Part shown: positions 1 through 13,358 of the stretch, piece after piece | Numbering within the stretch: the first letter of the stretch is position 1 | How the letters are laid out: every line of letters starts with the position of its first letter | From: Octopus bimaculoides | Taxonomy: Eukaryota | Reading direction: 5' to 3' | Length of the DNA stretch: 64,000 nt | Assembly: GCF_001194135.2 (NCBI RefSeq) | Contig: NC_068982.1 | Coordinates: forward strand, 13,132,134-13,196,133 | Notes under the pieces: generated by a model | Told to the model about the DNA's origin: nothing | Seen by the model: the letters and a program-made list of their open reading frames with translations, nothing else | The model's database searches: none | Program-made: the position numbers and the translations under genes

Positions 1-745
1 CTGGTGAACCAGATGGCTGCACCAAGCTACAATCTGATCTGGCAGAGTTTCTACAGCTGGATGCCCTTCCTAATGCCAACCACTCTGAGAGTGTAGTGGG
101 TGCTTTTATGTGCCACCGGCACAAGGGCCAGTCAGGCGGTACTGGCAATGGCCATGCTCAAAATGGTGTATTTTACATGCCACTGCACAGGAGTCAGTCC
201 AGTGGCGCTGGCAATGACCTCGCTCGAATGTTTTGTTCACATGCCACTGGCACAAGTGCCAGTAAGGCGACACTAGTAACAATCATGCTCAAATGATGCT
301 TTTTATGTGCCGCTGGCATAGAAGCCAGACCGCTGCTCTGGCAGTGATCCCGCTCGGATGGGGCTGTAAGCACTCCACTGGCACGGGTGCCAGTCTTCGA
401 ATTTGGTTCAGTTACAACTTCACTTGCCCCAACAGGTCTTCGCAAGCAGAGTTTAGTGTTCAATGAAGGAAGGTTAGCATGGGTGCCAGTGGTCGAATTT
501 GGCTTGATATCAATTTCGATTTCACTTGCCTCAACAGGTCTTCGCAAGCAGGGATTTGTGTCCAAAGAAGGAAAGGTATGCATAAGTGGGCTGGCTACAC
601 CCCTGATAAAGGACACGGTCTCACTTGTCTTGCCAGGTCTTCTCACGCACAGCATATTTCCAAAGGTCTCAGTCACTAGTCATTGCCTCAGTGAGGCCTA
701 ATGTTCGAAGGTCGTGCTTCACCACCTCATCCCATGTCTTCCTGA
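1..745 (-). mobile_element. 5'-truncated RTE-clade LINE: ORF C-terminus plus long 3' UTR with tandem hairpin units
   Basis: Minus strand from ~745 reads RKTWDEVVKHDLRTLGLTEAMTSD*DLWKYAVREKTWQDK*, a typical RTE C-terminus with one in-frame stop. It is followed by a ~90-bp duplicated segment, ~5 units of ~64 bp, and the block GGTTGGCATTAGGAAGGGCATCCAGCTG shared by the other copies. Confidence 0.85.
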
Positions 746-1869
746 CGGACATTAAATGATGATGATGATATCTGAAGGAATTTGACTGGTATTTCTAGCT
801 GATCAGATGACTGTGTCATAAATTCCTTGTGACTGTTAAAGGCAGCTATGGTAGGAGAAAGGCAAGAAAGATATGGGGAGAAGTGGTAAGGTCAGATCTT
901 AGAACATTGGGCTGCAGGTTAAGATGATAAAAGATCCTGATGTGTTGAAGTGTGTCATCATAGAATAAGAACACAGATGTTAAAAATCAATGATGTTGTT
1001 ATATTTTGGTGCCACACTTTTATAATTGGCACTTACAATAATGTCATATATTTTTATGAGAAATGTGTGACCTAATAACACATGCATCAAATCTAATTCA
1101 ATCTTTTGTTAAAATCACTTTACATAAACAATTTGCCACCCTGACCTTGAAGCATCAAGATGATACTATATTAGTCACTTTATGACAAGAATAAGATCTC
1201 AAATAAAAAGATATTACTATATTCTTGAAAAATAATGAATTTAGAAAAAAATGTTTCATTTAAATTCTTTTCTTGCTTTATTTATAATTTCAAGAAAGTA
1301 ATTATTTTCTCTTGTTTATTTAGAAAGTAAAATCTTGTGTTTCTTAAGTGGATTGGATGATATTCAAATATAAAATATGAGCAGGTGTTAGCACTTGACC
1401 AGCAGCCACTTAACAACAAAATCTTCTAGTATAATTTAAATTGTGTAAGATAACAGTCTTAACATAGTTATATTTTCTTTATTTCAGCTAATATAAAATA
1501 CAAGTTGACTGACTCATCATAGATTTCAGTGAATTGTATGCAGTGCAGTTTTGGAAAATTACTTGATATAAATTTTATGAAAGAAATAGTAGTTTTCTGC
1601 TGGAACTAATGATATGTATATATATTCTATGCACATTCTGTCAATATTGTTATTGTTCTCATTCTTAATATTAATTAAATTCTCTGCTGCCTGCCAACTG
1701 TCGTTTCTTCACAATGTTTTAATAAATTCAATTATGTTAAATTACAATCAATACAATATAGATAGACAAAGTTATAGATAGATTTTTTTTTCTTTCTCTT
1801 TGCTGTAACCAAAATGTAAAGTGAAATTAAATACACAAAGAAACAGAAAAGTGGCCTAATTTTTCTTAC

Positions 1870-1973
1870 TTCCAAGATGTAAACAGTATGTAATTGATGA
1901 ATGCTTGAGAGGTGAACTTGTTTAAGATGCAATTTGGAATATATGTCATATTTAAAAATCATATTTAGTTCAG
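1870..1973 (-). CDS. candidate internal exon (104 nt, phase 1->0), (A)ELNMIFKYDIYSKLHLKQVHLSSIHQLHTVYILE
   Basis: Acceptor tttcctttgcag, donor GAA|gtaaga, open frame. Product not recognised. Confidence 0.45.
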
Positions 1974-2074
1974 CTGCAAAGGAAATTTAATTTGAGATAC
2001 ATATTGGAATTTAATTTGAGATATATGTTGTCCAACCCATGCCAGCATGGAAACTGGAATTACATGATGATGAT

Positions 2075-2503
2075 GACTTTTTTATTCTTTTATTCTTCTA
2101 TTCTATTTTTTCTTTCATCTTTTTCAGTCATTTGACTGTGGCCATGCTGGAGCGCCGCCTTTAGTCGAATAAATCGACCTCAGGACTTATTTTTTGTAAG
2201 CCTAGTGCTTATTCTATTGATCTCTTATTGCAGAACTGCTAAATGACAGGGACGTAAACACACCAACATCGGTTGTCAAGCAATGGTGAAGGGACAAACA
2301 CAGACACAAATAGCAAATACATACATCCATACATACATATACATATATATATATATGGGCTTCTTTCAGTTTCTGTCCACCAAATCCACTTACAAGGCTT
2401 TGGTCAGCCTGAGGTTATAGTAGAAGGTGTCATGCAGTGGGACTGAACCCGGGACCATGTGGCTGGGAAGCAAGCTTCTTACCACACAGCCACTCCTGCA
2501 CCT
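2075..2503 (-). mobile_element. tRNA-derived SINE family A (octopus OR-like), near full length
   Basis: Matches the many copies in the window: head GGAGTGGCTGTGTGGTAAG..GGTTCAGTCCC, internal TA/CA microsatellite, tail TGACTGAAA..(AATAAAAG)n. Confidence 0.9.
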
Positions 2504-2789
2504 ATGTGATGATTATGATTAATGAATTTTCATTAATGTAAAAATTAAATATTTTTTTACTGCTTTCAGACATTCAGCTGTGGTCATACTAGAGCACCAT
2601 CTTTAATGGTTTGTTCAGTGACTTAAATCAATCCTTGTACTTAGTCTGCCACTCATCTAATTGATATCTCTTTATCAAATGGTTGAGTCAACCTACTTTG
2701 AGAGAGTTACCTCTCTTTGGTGGCATAATTACATACATATACACCAGCCCACATAATTTATACTTACTAAATTTCACTTTTAGGGCAAA

Positions 2790-3100
2790 AATCCCCTTCG
2801 GTTATGAATGACCATGGGATTGCACCTAGAAAGTTCCCCTCCTAGGCCTAAATCTGGGCAAGATTGCTTATGGAAAACCAGCAGTCACCCATGCATACCA
2901 GCCTCCCTGTTCCATTCCACTGATGTTATCCAAGAGAAAAGAAAAGGCCAATACAGCTCGGCACCAACGGCATCACAACACATTTCTACAGCTGAGTGAA
3001 CTGAAGCAACATGAAATAAAGTGTCTTGCTCAAGAACACAACACACTACCTCTTAAATATGAGCCTGACTCTCTAACCACTGAGCCATCCACCTTCACAC
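2790..3100 (-). mobile_element. tRNA-headed SINE family C (CORE-like TTGAGCAAGACACTTTAT)
   Basis: Colinear with 63520-63856; head GTGAAGGTGGATGGCTCAGTGGTTAGAG on the minus strand. Confidence 0.75.
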
Positions 3101-3272
3101 CAAATTTCACTTACTGCTCAATTTAAGGCTCTGGTAGAAGACTCTTGATATGGTGCCACAAAAGAGGCATGATCCCAAGGTCAAGTGGCCGACAAGTAAA
3201 CTTCTGAAATGCACATTGTTTTTTGCACTTGTCAAACTGAATACAGTGCAAATAATTATATTGATTCTTTAC

Positions 3273-3310
3273 CAGAATCCTGTGGTCCTCTTAAGAAATT
3301 CATGACAGAT
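3273..3310 (-). CDS. candidate exon (38 nt, phase 2->1), SVMNFLRGPQDS
   Basis: Acceptor ctttctaactccaaactacag, donor CTG|gtaaag. Phase fits between 18041-18109 and 1870-1973. Confidence 0.35.
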
Positions 3311-3600
3311 CTGTAGTTTGGAGTTAGAAAGAGCTTTCAGACCCCAAACACCTAGTTAGTTCTAACAAGGGGTCGGGGAATCTGTATGATAGAAGATTCT
3401 TGCACAAGAGTACCACACAGTATTAACCCAGGATCATGTGACTGCAAAGTCGATTGAAGTCTTCATTAAGCTTTTCTCTTCCCTATAGTTAATAATAAAA
3501 TGACAAAAATTGTTTAGGCCTTGATCAGCCCTGTGTTAGAACTAAGAATAAAGGCTTTCCAACCACTACCATCCAATCCAGTCTTTTATTCTGATACATC

Positions 3601-3965
3601 ACCATCATCATCATCATCATCATCATCGGTTAACGTCCGCTTTCCATGCTAGCATGGGTTGGACGATTTGACTGAGGACTGGTGAACCAGATGGCTACAC
3701 CAGGCTCCAATCTGATTTGGCAGTTTCTACAGCTGGATGCCCTTCCTAACGCCAACCACTCCAAGAGTGTAGTGGGTGCTTTTACGTGCCACCAGCACGA
3801 AGGCCAGTCAGGCGGTACTGGCAATGGCCATGCTCAAAATGGTGTATTTTACGTGCCACCTGCACATGAGCCAGTCCAGCGGCACTGGCAATGATCTCGC
3901 TCGAATGTCTTACACATGCCACCGGCACAAGTGCCAGGAAGGCGACGCTGGACACAGGTGCCACA
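3601..3965 (-). mobile_element. RTE LINE 3' UTR fragment with (GAT)n tail
   Basis: Near-identical to 1-260; ends in (CAT)n on the + strand at 3601-3627; ~3 hairpin units. Confidence 0.9.
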
Positions 3966-4759
3966 AAGAAAATCTGTAATGTGAATTCCAGTGTTTTCTT
4001 TACTCTTTTAAACTCCTACTATTTTATAATCAGTGCTAGTGAGAGGAATAAATAATTTCTTTGATCTCATTCATAAAGAATGAAAATTTATTTTGCTAAT
4101 ACATCATCCTATAATGTGTGCAACTTTCTGTTAATCATATTTCTTCATTTATTTTGTCTTATATTAAAATGGAATATTTTAGCCATAAACCAATTTTCTA
4201 TAAATATCAAAGTACACAATTTAGTTTGTCAATTCTATTGATTGCAAGAAACTTTTTGATCAAGAATTGTATTATTTTCATATCTCACATATTGTGATTT
4301 TCTTTATCACTCTGTACAGTTTTCCTAGTTCTTTAATTTGAAAATTAGATTTAAAATGATTTTACAGTCTTGAAGTTGCTAATATGAATCTTTTGTTTAT
4401 TTCTGTTCCATGCCTTACTGCACTACATTGATCCATTTTTCGAGGGTTCCAGTGGTATATCAGTTTTTCTATGATAAAATGTTAGTCCTTCACTTGACTG
4501 TTTTCCATTTCTGGAGAAAAGCACACTGCATGTGGTCTCCAATGGTTCTTCTTACAGTGCAATATTGGTGATTCTGAGAGAAAGACTAAAAAGAAGAATC
4601 TCCCCAGTATTTCACTGGTACTTTATTAGCCCCAGAAAGCTAAGTGGCAAAAACTGACATTGGTAGGATTTGAGCCCAGATCCTAAAGACCTACAGAAAT
4701 TAATTGCAACTCTGCCAATACACCACTTGTTATATGAGTTGAGCATTTGTGACAGTGGT

Positions 4760-4998
4760 GGTGGTAGTGCCAGCAGCAGCAGTAGTAGTAGCAGTAGTAA
4801 ATTAATAGTGATGTTGATGATGATGATGGTGATAATGTTGATGATGATTATAATTATAAAAGAGTTAAAATTTACCTCTAAACCTTTTGAGATTGATAAA
4901 ATAAAATACCAGTGAACTACTAGGGTCAATGTAAAAGAACTACACTTCTCAAAATTGCTAGCTTGGTACCGAAGTTAAAAACAACCATCACCACCACC

Positions 4999-5047
<49 letters not shown>

Positions 5048-5070
5048 CCATTATCACCATCATCATCATT
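4760..5070. repeat. compound trinucleotide microsatellites (GGT/AGC/AGT/GAT; ACC/ATC)
   Basis: Direct reading; these explain the low-complexity ORFs at 4612-4929. Confidence 0.9.
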
Positions 5071-5292
5071 TATATTTTGGTAAAAGGCTACTCTGTAATA
5101 TGGTAGCGATATGGTTGATTTAATCTACTCTAGCACATGCAACTTATTCATTTTATTAACTCGTTATAGAACTGAGGTATTGTACCACACTAACGAAAAA
5201 TACATCAATATTAACAATCAAGTGAAATTTATTGGAAACAAAACAAATAAAATTAACATATATATACGAACATAACAGACCGATGCAAGTAC

Positions 5293-5560
5293 CCACTGAC
5301 TGGCTCCTGTGCCAGTGGTACATAAAAAGCATCATCTGAATGTGATTATTGCCAGGCCTGCCTTATAAGCCCCTATGCCGGTGGCATGTAAAAAGCACCC
5401 ACTACACTCTCAGAGTGGTTGGCATTAGGAAGGGCATCAAACTGTAGAAACATTGCCAGATCAGATTGGAACCTGGTGCAGCCACTGGCGCTCCAAACCT
5501 CAGTCAAACTGTCCAACCCATGCCAGCATGGAAAACGGATGTTAATCGATGATGATGATA
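5293..5560 (+). mobile_element. RTE LINE 3' UTR fragment
   Basis: GGTTGGCATTAGGAAGGGCATC block then GGATGTTAATCGATGATGATGAT tail. Confidence 0.85.
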
Positions 5561-5607
5561 ATTGATGATATATATATTTCTCTCTCTCTCTCTCTATATA
5601 TATATAT

Positions 5608-5771
5608 AGGTACAGGAGTGGCTGTGTGGTAAGTACCTTGATTACCAACCACATGGTTCCAGGTTCAGTCCCACTGCATGGCACCTTGGGCAAGTGTCTT
5701 CTACTATAGCCTCGGGCCGACCAAAGCCTTGTGAGTGGAATTGGTAGATGGAAACTGAAAGAAACCTGTCG

Positions 5772-5815
<44 letters not shown>

Positions 5816-6290
5816 NNNNNNNNNNNNNNNNNNNNNNNNNNNNNNNNNNNNNNNNNNNNNNNNNNNNNNNNNNNNNNNNNNNNNNNNNNNNNNNNNNNNN
5901 NNNNNNNNNNNNNNNNNNNNNNNNNNNNNNNNNNNNNNNNNNNNNNNNNNNNNNNNNNNNNNNNNNNNNNNNNNNNNNNNNNNNNNNNNNNNNNNNNNNN
6001 NNNNNNNNNNNNNNNNNNNNNNNNNNNNNNNNNNNNNNNNNNNNNNNNNNNNNNNNNNNNNNNNNNNNNNNNNNNNNNNNNNNNNNNNNNNNNNNNNNNN
6101 NNNNNNNNNCTTTACAACCAATGCTGGTGTGTTTACATTCCTGTAACTTAGCAGTTCGGCAAAAGAGCCGATAGAATAAGTACTAGGCTTACAAAGAATA
6201 AATCCTGGGGTCGATTCGCTCAACTAAAGGCAGTGCCCCAGCATGGTCACAGTCAAATGACTGAAACAAGTAAAAGAATAAAAGAACATA
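5608..6290 (+). mobile_element. SINE family A spanning an N gap
   Basis: Head at 5608, gap 5816-6109 at the internal (TA)n, tail to 6290. Confidence 0.9.
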
Positions 6291-7653
6291 TATATATATA
6301 TATACACATCTATATATGAACGACAATAAAGCATTTGGTTGATAGTGAAGGTTGCTCTAGGAGAGCAAGTTCTACAGCTAAAATTTAATTGCTAGCTGTT
6401 ATTCATATTCTTGACTTGATGGAGTCTACTTTAACTTTCTTACTTTTTGGTTGATTTATGAGCATTTGTTTACACAAATTCATTATGATCACAACGCCAT
6501 ATGATTAGGTAGTTGCATACCAGTCTGACTGTTTCTTCTACACCACTTCAGATATAGCAGTTCCAAATCAATAATGATATTCAATTTACATTAACATCCT
6601 ACTATTGTTTTCATAGCATACTCATAGCTTATGAATGACATTTGCAAATTTTGCCTTCCCTTGTCATAGAAAATTATTATTTGGCATTTGATTACTGTAT
6701 GTTTTTCAGTAATCTCATGAGTATTATCTTTCACCATTATATTTATGATAATGAGCATTATACTCATCTATTTCTCCCAAGGAATTTATCAAAAAACTTT
6801 CAAGATTTTTTTTTTTTTTTTTGAAATAATTGCAGGTTGCATATAAATCTTCGTGCTACAATCATTCAATTTGTTTCCAAGCCAATATGATGCGGTATGT
6901 TACTATTTTAAAGGAATGCTGTATTTTATTATTGAAATACATTTCCGTGAACAATTTTCTTCATGTCCTTTGTTGATCAGCAAACACTTCTCATTGTAAT
7001 TTAGTGCAGGCTACAACATTCAGCTTGTAACAATTTCAATCTTATCTATTTTTATGTCTTTCAAAATAATTTTCTTTATATATCAATATTCCATAGAATG
7101 AGTTTTCAGAAATTATGTACTTTAGTGCAGTTTCTGAGAATAATATCCTAGAATTACTGTATCTTACTGGTGATGTATCCATATAGATTTTACTCCTTAC
7201 ATATTATCGTTTCTGTACACTAAAGCTGTGTGTCACTAATATATGCTTACATTATTCCGACTCATTCCACATCTGCATTATTTTAAAATAAAATTCTTAT
7301 TCAATAACAGTTATATGTAGTTGCTTATAAAATGATCAAAAAAAAATTTATTTAAATTTGGGTCAAGCAGGCACACAACACCAGCATTAACTACTATTTA
7401 AAGACTGTTAATCTAAATATGATTACGTACATTGTACTGCATTCCCTAATCAGACACAAACCATGTAACAGTTTATGGTTCTACTTAAAGATATAGGAAG
7501 AATATTTAATTGTACAAAGAACACATATTGGTTTTCAAATTTATATTTGGTTATTCCATACTAAAATAATCAAATTAGTATCTTCTCTCATTCTTTCTAC
7601 ATATACATATATGCACACATACAAACATACATACTTATTAGTTGACACAGGAA

Positions 7654-8005
7654 CATCATCATCATAGTTTAATGACTAAAACAAGTAAAAGATAAAAGGT
7701 AACGTCTGCTTTCGAAGCTGGTATGGGTTGGACAGTTCGACTGGGGTCTGGCAAGCCAGGAGGCTGCACCAGGCTCCAGTCTGATCTGGCAATGTTTCTA
7801 CAGCTGGAAGCCCTTCCTAACACCAACCACTCTAAGAGTGTAACGGGTGCTTTTAACATGTCACTGGCACAGGAGACTGGCATCGGCCATGCTCGAATGG
7901 TGCTTTTTACATGCCAGTCAGGTGGCACTGGCATCAGTCACACTTGCATGGTACTTTTTACATGCCACTAGCATGTGTGCCAGTCAGGCGGCACTGGTAT
8001 TGGCC
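7654..8005 (-). mobile_element. diverged RTE 3' UTR fragment
   Basis: (CAT)n tail, CTGGAAGCCCTTCCTAACACCAACC, ~3 hairpin units. Confidence 0.8.
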
Positions 8006-8477
8006 AGGAATAAATATAATTTCAAGCAAACTATAAAACAGTCGAATCAAACAAGTCCTAACTGCCCTTCTTCTGATACAGAAAATCTAAATGGTTAATT
8101 TATAAAATGATAAGTTCTAACATAAAGCTTAAGGTCCCTAACTTTGTGTAGACTATCATCATCATCCAGAGTTCTAAATCCGGGTTTTGTTCCTGTTAAC
8201 GGGGGTGGCTGGATCTACCTCAACGTCATCGCAACCACCCTCACACCATCTTGCCTGGTTTTGGGTGTCGTCCTATTTCAAACCAACCCTCCCAATCTCC
8301 TCCCCCACCTGTCCCCTCCACTATAGTTGATAAACTAGAACCCAGTACATATATGGTACCAATTTCTATCAACTCCTGAACGATGACAGGTAAACGTGTC
8401 CCTTCTAAATTTAAACAAAGAATGTAAAAGGATGTAATCAATAGCTCTCTCTCAACAATTATAAGAATAAGAATTAC

Positions 8478-8920
8478 CTTTTATCTTTTACTTGTTTCAG
8501 TCATTAAACTATGGCCATGCTGGGGCATCGTCTTGAAGACCCACCAGTACTTTTCCGTTGTTAGCCTGGTACTTATTCTATTGATCTCTTTTGCTAAACT
8601 GCTATGTTACAGGGACGTAAACGCACCAACACCTGTGTGAAGCTGCCGTAGAGGTACAAATACAGGCAGAAAGACACACACACACACACACACACATGCG
8701 TGCACATGCACACACACACTCACAAATACACATGCACACACACAAACACACACACACACATGAAAGCTTCTTTTAGTTTCTATCTACCAAATTCACTCAC
8801 AGAGCTTTGGTCAGCTTGAGGCTATAGTAAAAAACACTTGCCCAAGGTTCCATGCAGTGGGACTGAACCCAGAACCATGATACTGGAAAGCAAGCTTCTC
8901 ACTACACAGCCATGCCTGCC
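8478..8920 (-). mobile_element. SINE family A
   Basis: Tail, (CA)n and head all present. Confidence 0.85.
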
Positions 8921-8962
8921 AGAGAAAAAAAAATTTTTGGTCTCGTATGCAGAAATATTTAC

Positions 8963-9216
8963 TAACCTATTTGAGACCATCTCTGATTCTATTATAAGAC
9001 AAAACTCAATTTAAAATATTTATACATATATATTTAAATTAAAATGTATCATAATTTTATGCCAAACAATTTTGTGCTCCATACAACAACCTAATTATAC
9101 ACAAAGACTTAATCATTTTGCTAAAAACACCTTCAACCTTTTGAATTTATTTTGAAAATGAATTGAATCAGATAAGTAATATATATAATTGGAATTATGG
9201 TTTTGAATGGGTTAAA
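8963..9216. mobile_element. degenerate TTAA-type MITE
   Basis: Ends CTAACCTATTT..GAATGGGTTAA resemble the other TTAACCC..GGGTTAA elements; AT-rich interior. Confidence 0.4.
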
Positions 9217-9702
9217 CCAGTCATAGGAAAACTACAGCCCACAGGGCCTTCTAAAAGGTATGCCTAATAAAAAATTACCTTGAATTTTTTTAAGAGTGCG
9301 ACCTACATGATTAATGAGTGATGTCTCATATTCTCACTTCTCCAAAAAGGTTGGCCATTCTTGGGTTAACCATTTCATGACAAAAGTATGTGCCCACTGA
9401 ATGTGTAATAAGTTTATTTGTTAATTACTATAGTATTTTAGGCAATTAACCATTTTTAGTGTACACAATAATTTCTTTTGTGTACTGTTTTTAAAGCTTA
9501 TGAATGCACATGTGCATAGCTTTGGGAGAATTCTGCACAAAGGATATTTTTTTTTTCCAAGATTTCATTGCGTCTATTTATAAATGTGTATTATGCATGA
9601 CTGCATATTATACATGAATGAATATGGTAATAATCCCAGTAAAATTACAATGCACATATTCTAATTGAAAACGAAACAGATTTATATAGCTTTATTTTGT
9701 AG

Positions 9703-9779
9703 AAACAAAACTTCATCTTTGGTCAAGATCTCATCGACATTTTTAAGTTCCACTTGGAAAGGAAAGTGAGGGTGGAAAG
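9703..9779 (+). CDS. candidate penultimate exon (77 nt, phase 0->2), KQNFIFGQDLIDIFKFHLERKVRVE(R)
   Basis: Acceptor tttattttgtag, consensus donor AAG|gtaagt, only one open frame. Phase joins 20151. Confidence 0.5.
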
Positions 9780-11164
9780 GTAAGTACTACCTCCCAGTGA
9801 ATTAGAGAAAAGATGGGTGACTGGCAAAAATGGTCAGAGTGAAAAACCCTACTCTAAGTATGTGCCTATAAACTGGAGAGTATCAGAGAGGGCTTGTACG
9901 TTTGGTGGTCAGGGTAATTCTGGATCTGTGGAGTTCCTTGATTAGCCCTAGCTGGAGTTTCTCCAGTATCACGAGGACTGTATCATTCATGTTGCCACAT
10001 ACTTTGTATATTTTGTATATGTTTATAGCATTTCACTGTCTTTGTTCTTTCTCCACATCCTTTACATAAATTCCCATACAAATTGTTGTCTCTCTTTGTG
10101 ATGAGCCCTCATCTACGCCCCTGAGGCAAATAAAAGAAATTACTTTTTTTAAGAATTCCTTATAACATAACCGAATTGGTTAAGTGCTAGACAAATTGCA
10201 TTGTGCTACTTAGTTACATCCCTTTATATTTTGAATTCAAATCCTGCTAACATTTACTTTTTTTTTTATCTTTCTTTTATCTTTATATTAATAAACTAAA
10301 GTACCAGTCAAGTACTGTAGTTGATTTAATTGATTATACACTCCTCAAAAATGCATGGCTTTCTACCAATGTCAGAATTTGCTTTCATTATTATTGCACC
10401 AATATCAGTTTGTATTTAACCCTTCCAGGGTCAATAAATCAAGTATCCATCAAATAATGGGACAAGTTAAATGACTCATCACTCCCTCAAAATTCAAGAT
10501 TCTATGCTAGTGTTGAAAATTCATTGAAAAGGAATAGTTTTCATAAGTGTACAAAATACAAACACAAGTTTACAAAATTTGTATCAAGACACTACTACAA
10601 TCTGTTTAAAAAGATATTATAACAAAAGATTTTATGTGAATCAATAGAATGTGGTGCTTCAACATAGCATTAACTGCCATGATTGAAACAAGCTAAAGAA
10701 AGTAACTTGCTGTCTGTTGACAAGATGACAGCCATTGAAAGTCAAGAAATGACATTAAGAGTTGATGTTAAAAAGTGGGCAGCTATGAAAAGCCATGTTG
10801 TATGAATAGCAGAAGATATGGTGAAAGAGTTGCTGCCATGAAGTATGTGAAAGTAGCAAGACACGATTAAGTTAAAAGAATAAAATGGTTGGAACAGGTG
10901 TAAGAATACAAAGTGCTCAAAGCCATCATCTTGCTGATTTCGATGATGTCATTAATTTATGTTTGCTTTAATAGTTTAGGATACCAGACAAGTAAACAGA
11001 GGCTGCCTTAAAAATACATTAGAAATAATAAACCGTAAAAGTTTTATTATTTGTAGGCTTTGAAAGCAGAAAATGTGAGTTAAAAAGGCAAATGTATAGG
11101 GTGTTGTTAAAACAAGAAAATTCATTTTGAAATCAATATATTGATATATCTTTCGTCTATTACT

Positions 11165-11515
11165 TATTTCAGTCATTAGAGTGTGGCTGTGCTGGGACAC
11201 TGCCGTTAACAATTTTAGTCAAGCGAATTTATCCCAGCAATCATTTCTTTTAAAACCTGGTACTAATTTTATCAGTCTCTATTGCTGAACAACTAAGTTA
11301 CAAGATGTAAACACACCAACACCAGTTGTCAAGCAGTGGTGAGGTATGGACAGGCTTCTTCTGGTTTCCATCTACCAAATCCTCTCACAAGTCTTTGGTT
11401 GGCCCAAAGTCATTATAGTAGAAGACACTTGCCCAAGGTGTCACGTGGTGGGATTGAACCCAGAACCATGCGGTTGGGAAGCAAACTTCTAATCACACAG
11501 CAATGCCTGTGCCTA
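11165..11515 (-). mobile_element. SINE family A with internal deletion
   Basis: Tail and head present; microsatellite region deleted. Confidence 0.8.
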
Positions 11516-12699
11516 CACACAGCCATGTCTACACCTACACACGGTCTTGTCTGCACCTATGTTTATCAAAAACACGATTTACTAATGAGAAAGGAAAATG
11601 AGGTGAAAAATTATTTATATTATATCATAGGTTTGTTTGTAATGAGAGAAGTTTTTGAGGATTCTAAATTTCATAGAACTAAGTGTTAGAGAGAAAAACA
11701 GAACATTATACTCATGAAATTTCATGTACAGATAAAGTGAAAGAAATGTTTTCAAACACCCAAATACACTGTTTGATGGCCCTACTTTCTAAAGAATATT
11801 CTCCATTACCTAGAACTCCACAGACTCTCACCCACCAGAATAAAAAAGCAAACAAAACTACCGCTGTTCTATACAAAAGATAAAAGGACTCGAGTTTCTT
11901 GATTATGGACAATCATTATATTTTTTGTATTTTATGAAATCAAACTATCAATAAAAGGCCTTGTAAAAATGAATCTCCTTTCAAGATAAAACAAAGAAAC
12001 TACCTGTGCCAGGAGCTACAAAATGATGGATGATAGAAGTGGATTAAAAAGAAGAATTCTTTTCTTATTGGAGCATAAACAAAAAGAAAAGAACATGGGG
12101 ATGGATCTATGTATTATATATTAAGCATTTCATGGTGTCGTCTTCTCTACTATTGAGTGCAGGCTGGAATGTTGGGGCTGCAAACCTAGTCAGTCAAGTT
12201 GCTCCTTAAATTTGCTTAACCATTTGTAACTTGTAGATAGATTCAATTGGGTTTTTCTGCTGACAGTCATCCAAGAAAGGCCACTTGATATATCGGTAAC
12301 AACACACCCTCACTTCTAGTTCACAGACATCTTGTTTCCTTACCCTGACTTTTCAACCCCTACTACAATGGTCTCCTGCTCCTTGCAGCTGATAATCTCA
12401 TGCCACCTCCACATAAGCATTTCCAACTCACTTGTCTACCCTCTCTTATTATCCATTGTGTCTACCTCACCACCATGTTTATGATCCACACTGACTATTT
12501 CACCCATGCCTTTCTCCCTTGGGTCATTGAAATTCTTTCACTGCTCAGAATTTCCATGCAGCTGTCAGCCTGCATCTGCTCCAGTGGAACATGGGTCAAT
12601 ACTATTTGTCTTGATAAGGAAGAATGCAGGCAGAATGGTTAGTACGCCGGACGAAATGCTTAGCGGTATTTTGTTTTCCATTACGGTATTTTGTCTGCC

Positions 12700-12870
12700 A
12701 AAGTACACTGATACACTGACCTCAAATAAAAACATTGCAGAAATGGTCAAAAAGCAAAAAACAACATGAAAACTGAATTACAAAAGATACACACTGTCCA
12801 AAATATAGCCCTGCTATGAACAGCCGGCATCCTATGCAAGACACTTTCAATACAGCAATAACCCAATGAA
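12700..12870 (+). pseudogene. old R4-type LINE C-terminal relic
   Basis: VQNIALL*TAGILCKTLSIQQ* parallels MQKIALLGTAHILRKTLSIQ* at 14840-14901. Confidence 0.65.
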
Positions 12871-13131
12871 ACAAACTTCCACCAGCAAACTAGATAACCA
12901 ATGCATTACACACTCAACACACAATACAAGCAGTAATACAGCAAAAGACTGCACCACACCTCAAGAGAAAAGAAAAAAACTAACACTATACAATACCGGG
13001 AAGTGTTTTGTGCACTCCTAATAACAGAAAAGAACACACAATGCTGCACACACCCCTGCAACACAGAGGTGGAGCAGGTGATGCAGTAGAAATTTGCCTC
13101 AAACTACCAAATGCTGAACAATTATATAATA

Positions 13132-13314
13132 CAGTTCTATATTTAAGAGGTGAGGAATCATGTACATTATTTATATTATTTATATTATTTACATTATTTA
13201 CATTATTTACATTTGACAGATATTTGTCTTCGGCTGATATACCCTACAGCCTTCATCAGGTGTCTTGGGGAAATTTCAAACCTGGGTTCTCATCCCTAAG
13301 GCATTTTTCGATGC

Positions 13315-13358
<44 letters not shown>

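Noticed and set aside
194-701. 160-aa and 104-aa ORFs
   Set aside because: They lie in the GC-rich RTE 3' UTR, downstream of the RTE stop codon.
4420-4578. Minus-strand terminal exon SPILHCKKNHWRPHAVC.. (Sushi-like)
   Set aside because: The resemblance is only a Cys/Trp pattern, and its stop conflicts with the downstream candidate exons.
6836-6894. + exon with AG/GTATGT sites
   Set aside because: Its only open frame ends in phase 2 and does not join 9703.
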